Shown: one piece after another, positions 48,901 through 55,504 of the stretch
Numbering within the stretch: the first letter of the stretch is position 1
Layout: each line of letters opens with the position of its first letter
DNA from: a virus
Lineage: Duplodnaviria > Caudoviricetes
Direction: 5' to 3' (one strand)
IMG/VR virus record: IMGVR_UViG_3300027749_000136
Span: 1 to 55,504 of that record
Length of the DNA: 55,504 nucleotides
Made by a program: the position numbers and the translations under genes
The notes under the pieces: model-generated
Told to the model about the DNA's origin: nothing
The model's input: only the letters and a program-made list of their open reading frames with translations
Databases searched by the model: none

Positions 48901-49272
48901 ACACAGAGTCGTGGCATTACTATGGACAGTTTTACACTGGGTCCAAACGGTATGCCTATTGCTAAACCAAAATCTACTGCGGCAGCAACTCCTGATAAGC
49001 CTGCAGAAAAACAAGCAAGTCCCGGAAAAAAGATTAATCCAGAAACTGGAGAAGAGTACACTCCAGTAGGAGATGCTAAACCTGGAGATAAATCCGGAGA
49101 CAAGAAAGGTGCTGCTGGCGGAGGAGAAAAAGCTGCTACTCTAGACGACGTTGTTAAGAGCTTAAATGCGTTAAATACTAAGATGGGTCAACTGATTTCT
49201 GTTAATGAAGATGGCCATAAGGCTTCAGCCAAAGCTGCTAAAAGCGGTAGTACTAATTTATACGCGAGATAA
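45967..49272 (+). CDS. Tape-measure-like protein (1101 aa)
   Basis: A/G/M-rich helical low-complexity protein with internal repeats, next to the gp26-like chaperone. Confidence 0.6.
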   Translation: MAEEIDYKKLAEAQAIANAKYLKQGGSGGGGKGTGMGAIDVGVDTFKKAIDPFGSAIGVAGKGVSALSDALNEGKDAWRDLSKSGAGFNNDIIGMTVAAAGSRLPLREFAGVIKDNTDILGQLGGSVTRGAESFAKMSKGFFESGATDSLKQLGYTNKDLNEVLALQAVTLRGKFKDDQQRDAVAYESATKLATEMDLMAKLTGKSREAQMEQMKKNQMDMQFEAAIRLKTAGMSAEEAAKFEANARMQLKDAQLRGSGDMFKEVFATGQIMSKEAAMQAAVNQEQAEATMKQARASAIGDENAANAANREAQRAAVADANNTTKLGMVALGAAGGAAGKALTDSMGAQITYTKSLEATAVANGYDLKTKEGLAKAQEKMEEEAKKAQSGQDKDGKQVDGVTKAAVTLENTVDKVRAGLTAGLLEPLNKEVGPKLGEFAKNVDAMNKNFGGSGKDTSRAIEDSTKKGFAGGVSDKTTNRYEREPGAGGPLGIAESVGGLAGGGTRLLTGGIDKVNQYMEPKKRQGGSMDMTGGMFENWGKGEMVELHGMEGVMRPQDIEKIVETSLGGAKKSLSSASAGDISKSISNMPMPKFEMPKFEMPKMEMPKMPKMEMPKMEMPKMEMPKMEMPNLTAGGGIGGGMGGLDLSSITKNLNTSFSSLTSGIKLPDMKELSMPFSSAFKDFNLSFSSITKDGAEKIAKTPIPKEPFDEFGSNFDEVVAKMAADVSDAMPLDAMDQNAAALEYASKRRAELEQLMSDGQARTGKEWDEIFDEAEQLDGQIDKLVTKQIEAMTNYSDGWDESGNMMDKINSDIVEAVGGSKSKIAQDKIDAAIEEKKKANETIAFMLNNIADEDWDDEAQAAWDEAIDRRDAAKEKLDKVIEESIGDLADGFDDFGDGWNDSVDKITADIADSLPVDTEFGDLDGAIAKQASMQDNEFGDLDGAIARNKQDDEAKSELARESKRGAMKDVVAGSSPTATQSRGITMDSFTLGPNGMPIAKPKSTAAATPDKPAEKQASPGKKINPETGEEYTPVGDAKPGDKSGDKKGAAGGGEKAATLDDVVKSLNALNTKMGQLISVNEDGHKASAKAAKSGSTNLYAR
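47734..47855 (+). repeat. In-frame 15-bp tandem repeat (MPKME/MPKFE)
   Basis: 2x ATGCCTAAATTTGAA, 5x ATGCCTAAGATGGAA, one 9-bp partial unit and a terminal partial unit. Confidence 0.95.
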
Positions 49273-49274
49273 TA

Positions 49275-50996
49275 ATGAGTTGGAAAAAATACTTTACACC
49301 TGTTGCAGTTGATGCTACTCCTGGAACTTACAGTCCAATTGGAAATGGATCGTCACGTCCAGGCCCGGCCCGCTCAAATTATTCTAGCTACTTGCCAGAT
49401 GTCTATACTGGCGCACCTAATCGTATTGATCGTTATTTGCAATATGATACAATGGATATGGACAGCGAAGTTAATGCGGCCCTGGACATTATTGCAGAAT
49501 TCTGTTCACAAAAGAACAAAGAAAATCATACACCGTTTAATTTATTCTATAGAAATAAAGCAACTAATAGTGAAATTGCTATCCTTCGAGAGTACCTACA
49601 GCAGTGGTGCAAACTACAAAAATTTGAAACTAGAATCTTTAGAATTGTACGAAACGTATTCAAATACGGTGATGCATTCTTTGTTCGTGATCCTGAAACA
49701 AAGAAGTGGAGTTATGTAGATCCCGGTAATATAACTAAGATAATTGTTAATGAAAGCGACGGAAAGAAACCAGAACAATATGTTATACGTGACTTAAATC
49801 CTAACTTTCAAAATCTAGTAGTCACTACAATTCAACCAAATACTACTAATACTAACAATCGCGGAACAGCATTTATATCAGGCGGCGCAGCCGCTAGAGG
49901 TATGGCTGGTGCATATCCTGCAAGCAACGGCACACGCTTTAGCAACAATCAAAATGAAGTGTCTATTGACGCAAAACATGTAGTACATCTAAGTCTATCG
50001 GAAGGATTAGATAATAATTTTCCGTTTGGTAATAGCTTGTTAGAAAGTATTTTTAAAGTATACAAACAAAAAGAATTGCTCGAAGATGCTATTTTAATCT
50101 ATCGTATACAACGTGCGCCTGAACGTAGAATCTTTTATATTGACGTTGGTAATATGCCTAGTCACTTGGCTATGAGCTTTGTTGAACGTGTTAAAAATGA
50201 AATTCATCAACGTAGAATGCCTAGTGCTACAGGTGGCGGTCAGACTGTTATTGATAGTGCTTACAATCCTTTATCAATTAACGAAGACTACTTCTTTCCT
50301 CAAACAGCAGAAGGTCGTGGTAGTAAGGTTGAAACACTACCAGGCGGTACTAACCTAGGCGAGATTGATGATTTAAAGTACTTTACTAACAAGTTATTTC
50401 GTGGTTTAAGAATTCCAAGTAGCTATCTGCCTACAGGTGCAGATGATAGTCAAGCGCAGTATAACGACGGGCGAGTTGGCACAGCATATATTCAAGAACT
50501 ACGTTTTAACAACTACTGCCAACGTTTACAAAGTCTGATGCAAGACGTGCTTGATCAAGAATTTAAGCTATATTTGTATGATCGCGGCGTTAATATTGAC
50601 TCAAGTTTGTTTGAATTACAATTCCAACCACCACAAAACTTTGCCACATATCGTCAAGCAGAATTAGATGGACAACGTGTACCTCAGTTCCAAACTATGA
50701 GTCAAGTTCCATTTATGAGTAAACGCTTTGCAATGAAACGTTTCTTAGGAATGACCGACGAAGAAATGGCAGAAAACGAACGTTTATGGGCAGAAGAAAA
50801 TGGCAAAGGTAAAGCTATTCCTACTGACAGTAGCGGAGAACTACGTGGAGCAGGCATTAGTCAAGCTGGTATTGAAAGTGACCTGAGTGACCTGAGTGAT
50901 GAAACTGTACCACCGGAAGAAGGCGCAATGCCCGGCGCTGCACCAGGAGCCGATGGCGCAGGAGCTGCTCCTACAGCAACGCCACCGGCTGCATAA
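49275..50996 (+). CDS. Portal protein, T4 gp20-like
   Basis: EDAILIYRIQRAPERRIFYIDVGNMP, EDYFFP, TLPGG.NLGEIDD..YF..KL...L.IP.S. Confidence 0.95.
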   Translation: MSWKKYFTPVAVDATPGTYSPIGNGSSRPGPARSNYSSYLPDVYTGAPNRIDRYLQYDTMDMDSEVNAALDIIAEFCSQKNKENHTPFNLFYRNKATNSEIAILREYLQQWCKLQKFETRIFRIVRNVFKYGDAFFVRDPETKKWSYVDPGNITKIIVNESDGKKPEQYVIRDLNPNFQNLVVTTIQPNTTNTNNRGTAFISGGAAARGMAGAYPASNGTRFSNNQNEVSIDAKHVVHLSLSEGLDNNFPFGNSLLESIFKVYKQKELLEDAILIYRIQRAPERRIFYIDVGNMPSHLAMSFVERVKNEIHQRRMPSATGGGQTVIDSAYNPLSINEDYFFPQTAEGRGSKVETLPGGTNLGEIDDLKYFTNKLFRGLRIPSSYLPTGADDSQAQYNDGRVGTAYIQELRFNNYCQRLQSLMQDVLDQEFKLYLYDRGVNIDSSLFELQFQPPQNFATYRQAELDGQRVPQFQTMSQVPFMSKRFAMKRFLGMTDEEMAENERLWAEENGKGKAIPTDSSGELRGAGISQAGIESDLSDLSDETVPPEEGAMPGAAPGADGAGAAPTATPPAA

Positions 50997-51004
50997 ATAC
51001 TACT

Positions 51005-51244
51005 ATGATACTTAGAGAATTATTTTATGCGGATAAAGATATGAAAGCAATATCTAACGATTTGCAATACTCTCCAGCACACGATGATTCCGGTATGCAT
51101 CGTGGCGATACACGTAAAACTAGACTATCATTAAGACAGATTAATGAACTACGAAAAGCAAGCGAAGCACACATTTTAGAACAAGAAAAAGATTTAGAAC
51201 TAGTTAGTTCAATGTATGCTACACCGGCAGCACCTGCCGCGTAA
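51005..51244 (+). CDS. Small head-module protein
   Basis: 79 aa, 5 nt after TAAATA (50994-50999). Confidence 0.7.
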   Translation: MILRELFYADKDMKAISNDLQYSPAHDDSGMHRGDTRKTRLSLRQINELRKASEAHILEQEKDLELVSSMYATPAAPAA

Positions 51245-51364
51245 TAAATAACCTATCGGGTATTTTATTAAAAATACCTGAAAAAACCACCATTATACCC
51301 TTAATATTACAATTAAGTGTAAATATATTTGACAGCCTTGCAATACAACATATAGGAGATAAAC

Positions 51365-52243
51365 ATGACTGATCGATCAAAGTTCGAGCAGATGCTAGAG
51401 CATCTTGTTAATGAAGAGAGTGACAAAGCCAAAGAGCTTTTCCATCAACTAGTAGTTGAAAAATCCCGCGAAATCTATGAAACTATTCTTTCTGAAGACT
51501 TCACAACAGAAGCTGAAGAAGACGAAGAAATGGACGAGTCTGCTGAAGAAGAAGACGAGTCAATGGACGAAGCTAAGGAAGAAGACGACGAAGAAGACCT
51601 TGATGAGAATTTTGGTTTTGCCGAAGCAGGTGACGAAGAAGAGCATGGAGATATCGGCGGCGACGCAGGTGACGACATGGTACACGATATCGATGCCGGC
51701 GGTGATGAAGGTGACGAAGAAGGCATGGGCGGAGAAGGCGATATTGAAGATCGCGTTATGGACCTAGAAGATGCACTTGACGACCTACGTGCCGAATTTG
51801 AAGCATTAATGGGCGACGAAGCTGGTGAAGGCCACGACGACATGGGCGGTGACGACATGGGCGGAATGGACGACATGGGCGGCGAAGAAGAATTAGAAGA
51901 CAGCTTCATGCGTGAATACGTAGAGAAAGTTGGCAATCCAAAGCACGGTGACAATGGCGCAAACGCTAAGTCTATCGTAGCAAAAGCAAACAATATGGGC
52001 GGTACAACTGCTAATATTGTAAAAGGTGGAGAGAGCACAACAGGCGGTACAAAAGGCGGTTTGTTAAATCCTTCAACTAAAGAAGAAAACTTTGGCAACG
52101 TTAATGTCCCAGGCGGCAACGCAGGTAAGACAGCGTTCAAGAAGAAAGAACCTGGACACGGCGCTGAGAAAAAAGCAACTGGCGACAATGGCGACAGAAG
52201 TGCTGATAGCCCGTTAAATGGCGCTCCTAAAAGAGCAAAGTAA
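51365..52243 (+). CDS. Highly acidic prohead core-like protein
   Basis: D/E/G-rich; lies between portal and protease (T4 gp67/gp68 position); SD AGGAG and TAAATA at 51320-51325. Confidence 0.65.
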   Translation: MTDRSKFEQMLEHLVNEESDKAKELFHQLVVEKSREIYETILSEDFTTEAEEDEEMDESAEEEDESMDEAKEEDDEEDLDENFGFAEAGDEEEHGDIGGDAGDDMVHDIDAGGDEGDEEGMGGEGDIEDRVMDLEDALDDLRAEFEALMGDEAGEGHDDMGGDDMGGMDDMGGEEELEDSFMREYVEKVGNPKHGDNGANAKSIVAKANNMGGTTANIVKGGESTTGGTKGGLLNPSTKEENFGNVNVPGGNAGKTAFKKKEPGHGAEKKATGDNGDRSADSPLNGAPKRAK

Positions 52244-52247
52244 GTAG

Positions 52248-52880
52248 ATGACGATGAATTATCTTCGTGAGAACCTGAGTTTCGACCAAGCGAGAGTGGT
52301 CGTTGAATCCGACGGCGAGAATGGAAAGAACCTTTATATGAAAGGTATTTTCATTCAAGGCGATAAAAGGAATCAAAATCAGCGAGTTTATCCTGGACGT
52401 GAAATTGCCAGGGCTGTCAAGACCCTGAACGATCAAATCGCAGGTGGATATTCAGTATTAGGCGAAGTAGATCATCCAGACGACTTAAGAATCAACCTTG
52501 ACCGTGTGAGCCATATGATTACAGAAATGTGGATGGATGGCGCAGACGGTTATGGAAAATTAAAAATCCTTCCAACACCCATGGGACAACTAGTGAAAAC
52601 TATGTTAGAAAGTGGAGTGAAGTTAGGAGTATCATCACGCGGATCCGGGAATGTCAGTGATGGCAGTTCCGGTGAAGTATCAGATTTTGAGATTATCACA
52701 GTTGATGTGGTAGCTCAACCTAGTGCCCCTGGCGCATACCCTACACCAATTTATGAACACCTGATGAATAGTCGCGGTGGTTATAACAGCTTACGCATAG
52801 CGCAAGAGGTTAAAGGTGACCCTAAAGCACAGAAATATCTCAAAGAGAGCTTATTAGGTATAATAAGCAAACTCCAATAA
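52248..52880 (+). CDS. Prohead protease, T4 gp21-like
   Basis: GIFIQG..RNQNQRVYP, GEVDHP, VSH, GVSSRGSG and DVVAQPSAP. Confidence 0.95.
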   Translation: MTMNYLRENLSFDQARVVVESDGENGKNLYMKGIFIQGDKRNQNQRVYPGREIARAVKTLNDQIAGGYSVLGEVDHPDDLRINLDRVSHMITEMWMDGADGYGKLKILPTPMGQLVKTMLESGVKLGVSSRGSGNVSDGSSGEVSDFEIITVDVVAQPSAPGAYPTPIYEHLMNSRGGYNSLRIAQEVKGDPKAQKYLKESLLGIISKLQ

Positions 52881-52893
52881 AGAGGAGAATCAC

Positions 52894-53988
52894 ATGTTGG
52901 ACGCACTAAAGAATTTGTTTGAAAATAATGTGATTTCGGAAGAGATCCAAGAATCTATTGAGAAAGCCTGGGAAGCTCGCATCGTCGAGAATCGCACCCA
53001 AGTTACTCAACAACTACGTGAAGAATTCGCTCAACGCTATGAACATGACAAACAAGTTATGGTCGAAGCAATTGATCGTATGTTGGGAGACCAACTACGT
53101 GAAGAGATTTCACAATTTGTAGAAGATCGTAATCAATTAGCAGAAGCTAAAGCACGTTATACAGTAAAAATGCATAACGATGCACAGTTAATGAAAGAGT
53201 TTGTTACTCGTCAATTAGCTAGCGAAGTTAAAGAATTACACGAAGATCAAGTACAAATGGCTTCTAAGTTTCACACACTTGAGAAGTTTGTAGTAGAAGC
53301 ATTGGCTCAAGAAATCGCAGAATTCCATACAGACAAGCAAGACATTGCAAAAACTAAGGTACGTTTGGTACGCGAAGGCCGTCAGGCTCTAGCTAAGATG
53401 AAGGAACAATTTATTGTCCGTGCCGCTAAACTTGTCGAATCTACAGTTGAAAAGACTCTAAACAAAGAGATTGGTCAATTGAAAGAAGACATCGAAGCCG
53501 CAAGACGCAACGACTTTGGTCGTAAGTTGTTCGAAGCATACGCTAGCGAATATCAAAACAGTTATCTAAACGAAAAATCAGAAACAGCTAAATTGCTCAA
53601 AGTCATAGACAAGAAAGATTTACAAGTTGCCGAAGCTCATCACGCTGTAGCACACGCAACTAAAGTCCTAGAAAGCAAAGAAGCACAAGTTAAAGCTCTA
53701 ATGGAGAGCAAAGAACGTCAATCAATTATGACTGAACTAGTAGCACCATTGGCTAATACCCAAAAAGCTATTATGATAGAATTACTTGAAAGTGTACAGA
53801 CTGCAAAACTACGTACTAGTTTTGACAAGTACATTCCAGCAGTCATTGCTGGCGAAGCTCCACAGAAGAAGAAGGCACTAGTAGAGGCAAAAGAAGTCAC
53901 AGGCAACAAAGAAACCCACAGCGTCGGTAGCAGCGAGCACGAAAGCAACATTTTCAACATGCGTCGTCTTGCTGGAATTAAACATTAA
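52894..53988 (+). CDS. Prohead scaffolding protein, T4 gp22-like
   Basis: Long coiled coil between protease and major capsid genes. Confidence 0.8.
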   Translation: MLDALKNLFENNVISEEIQESIEKAWEARIVENRTQVTQQLREEFAQRYEHDKQVMVEAIDRMLGDQLREEISQFVEDRNQLAEAKARYTVKMHNDAQLMKEFVTRQLASEVKELHEDQVQMASKFHTLEKFVVEALAQEIAEFHTDKQDIAKTKVRLVREGRQALAKMKEQFIVRAAKLVESTVEKTLNKEIGQLKEDIEAARRNDFGRKLFEAYASEYQNSYLNEKSETAKLLKVIDKKDLQVAEAHHAVAHATKVLESKEAQVKALMESKERQSIMTELVAPLANTQKAIMIELLESVQTAKLRTSFDKYIPAVIAGEAPQKKKALVEAKEVTGNKETHSVGSSEHESNIFNMRRLAGIKH

Positions 53989-54002
53989 TTAGGAGAAAAT
54001 AA

Positions 54003-55181
54003 ATGTCAGAACTACTAACAGGCCGTTGGGCAGAAACAAAAGAAGCACTTCTTGAAGGCCTTCAAGGCACAAAGAGAGCTGTAATGGCATCTACGCTAGA
54101 AAATACTCGCAAGTATCTAGCTGAGAGTGCTAGCACAGGTGCTACTTCTGCCGGAAACGTCGCAACATTAAACCGCGTCATTCTACCAGTAATCAGACGT
54201 GTGATGCCAACAGTTATCGCTAACGAGTTGGTCGGTGTACAACCAATGACTGGTCCAGTTGGTCAGATCCATACACTACGTGTTCGCTATAGCGATTCAC
54301 TTGGTGGCGCATCTGGTGCTACAGCTGGTGAAGAAGCTCTAAGCCCATTCAAAATTGCAGAAGGCTATTCTGCTGGTAAGACTGATGGTTCAGTAACTGC
54401 TGCATCAACTGCATCCTTAGAAGGTGCCGCTGGTAAGCGTTTGAGCATTCAGATCTTGAAACAAACAGTTGAAGCTAAGACACGTAAGTTATCAGCTCGC
54501 TGGACATTCGAAGCTGCTCAAGATGCACAAGCCCAACAAGGTATTGACATCGAAGCAGAAATCATGGCTGCTCTTGCACAAGAGATCACAGCTGAGATTG
54601 ACCAAGAGATCATTGCATCTTTGACTACACTAGCTGGTTCACAGAACACAGCAGCGTATGACCAAGCTGCCGTATCTGGTACTGCTACATTCGTTGGTGA
54701 CGAACACGCTGCTTTAGCTGTTCAGATCAACCGTGTTGCTAACCGTATCGCTCAGCGCACACGTCGTGGCGCTGGTAATTGGGCCGTTATCGGACCAACA
54801 GCATTGACAATCCTACAATCTGCTACTACAAGCGCATTTGCTCGTACAACAGAAGGTACATTCGAAGCACCTACAAACACTAAGTTTGTTGGTACATTGA
54901 ACAATGCTATGAAGATTTATGTTAACACATATAGCGCATCTGACACAACACCAGTGTTGATCGGATACAAAGGTGCTAACGAGTCTGACGCAGCAGCATT
55001 CTATTGCCCATACATTCCATTGATGAGCAGTGGTGTTGTTCTAGATCCAAGCACATTCGAACCAGTCGTATCATTCATGACACGTTATGGTTATGTAGAG
55101 TTAAGCAACACTGCTTCTTCTCTAGGTAATGCAGCTGACTATCTAGGTACTGTAACTATTGCTAACGCAGTATTCAGTTAA
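54003..55181 (+). CDS. Major capsid protein, T4 gp23-like
   Basis: GVQPMTGPVG, AKTRKLSARWTFEAAQD, EITAEIDQEI, FYCPYIPL and TRYG. Confidence 0.96.
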   Translation: MSELLTGRWAETKEALLEGLQGTKRAVMASTLENTRKYLAESASTGATSAGNVATLNRVILPVIRRVMPTVIANELVGVQPMTGPVGQIHTLRVRYSDSLGGASGATAGEEALSPFKIAEGYSAGKTDGSVTAASTASLEGAAGKRLSIQILKQTVEAKTRKLSARWTFEAAQDAQAQQGIDIEAEIMAALAQEITAEIDQEIIASLTTLAGSQNTAAYDQAAVSGTATFVGDEHAALAVQINRVANRIAQRTRRGAGNWAVIGPTALTILQSATTSAFARTTEGTFEAPTNTKFVGTLNNAMKIYVNTYSASDTTPVLIGYKGANESDAAAFYCPYIPLMSSGVVLDPSTFEPVVSFMTRYGYVELSNTASSLGNAADYLGTVTIANAVFS

Positions 55182-55208
55182 TCAACTTACCGTAAGGTAG
55201 TTAATTAT

Positions 55209-55233
55209 AAAGGGCTCTTCGGAGCCCTTTCTT
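55209..55233 (+). terminator. Intrinsic terminator after the major capsid gene
   Basis: AAAGGGCTC-TTCG-GAGCCCTTT-CTT. Confidence 0.85.
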
Positions 55234-55242
55234 ACGAACGGA

Positions 55243-55248
55243 TAAATA
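55243..55248 (+). promoter_or_regulatory. Late promoter TAAATA
   Basis: GATAAATA immediately after the terminator. Confidence 0.7.
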
Positions 55249-55256
55249 TATTGTAT

Positions 55257-55314
55257 GACTTACACAGGGTAAGTTTTATGCGGAAATCCAACCGCGTACA
55301 GCCTAGAACGCTGT
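55257..55314 (+). other. Three-hairpin 5' leader of the post-capsid gene
   Basis: GACTTAC/GTAAGTT, TATGCGG/CCGCGTA and CAGC/GCTG stems, nearly abutting. Confidence 0.55.
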
Positions 55315-55335
55315 CTTTCTTAAGGAGAAAACAAA

Positions 55336-55504
55336 ATGGGACGTCCTTTAAACAAAAAATATTTTGGTAACCGTAATATTGGTTCCGCAAGCACAACAGC
55401 TGATGATAAGATCGGTGGTGAAGGCATAGCAAGTATCAGTGTAGCAACAGCTGGTAGCTTTACTGTTAACAACACTTACAAAAACTTTCCACTATTAAAT
55501 ATTG
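55336..55504 (+). CDS. Late virion protein, N-terminal fragment (3'-truncated by window)
   Basis: SD AAGGAG and ATG 55336; MGRPLNKKYFGNRNIGSAST... is open to the window end. Confidence 0.75.
   Translation, partial: MGRPLNKKYFGNRNIGSASTTADDKIGGEGIASISVATAGSFTVNNTYKNFPLLNI

Noticed and set aside
51475-52188. Long antisense ORFs (also 47511-48107, 48543-49103, 35554-36051, 22845-23309 and similar)
   Set aside because: These are shadows of biased-codon or low-complexity sense genes, with no SD or promoter and Ser/Pro-rich nonsense composition.
55232-55432. Minus-strand 66-aa ORF
   Set aside because: It lies antisense to a late promoter, a structured leader and a + strand gene with a strong SD.
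1-55504. Stop-codon reassignment, tRNA genes, inteins or a diversity-generating retroelement
   Set aside because: Genes are full length in code 11 with TAA, TAG and TGA all used as stops. I noticed no tRNA cloverleaf, intein motif, reverse transcriptase or TR/VR pair by eye.

Overview
This window is part of a large, AT-rich T4-like (myovirus-type) phage genome that uses the standard genetic code. It has five blocks. (1) 1-4578, + strand: the end of a MoxR-like AAA ATPase, a metallopeptidase-VWA partner, a methyltransferase-like ORF, small hypotheticals and thyX. (2) 4553-9141, - strand: a six-gene operon with four glycosyltransferase-like genes under a sigma70 promoter overlapped by a perfect palindrome. 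(3) 9230-38918, - strand: tail fibre and baseplate module, including a 4447-aa protein and gp6-, gp25-, gp5- and gp53-like genes. (4) 38994-43350, + strand: late sigma factor gp55, gp47/gp46 (Mre11/Rad50-like), an Hc1-like protein and a minimal GIY-YIG nuclease. (5) 43810 to the end: a putative internal membrane protein, a gp26-like chaperone, a tape-measure-like protein and the head module (portal, protease, scaffold, major capsid). Two signals stand out. The first is a ~440-nt, densely structured, apparently pseudoknotted non-coding region directly after the GIY-YIG gene (43351-43790), a candidate large phage ncRNA possibly partnered with the nuclease. The second is an unannotated programmed -1 frameshift at the end of the gp26-like gene (slippery site 45089-45098) into a startless frame adding ~77 aa, resembling lambda gpG/gpGT. 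All calls come from reading motifs by eye; no searches or folding computations were run.
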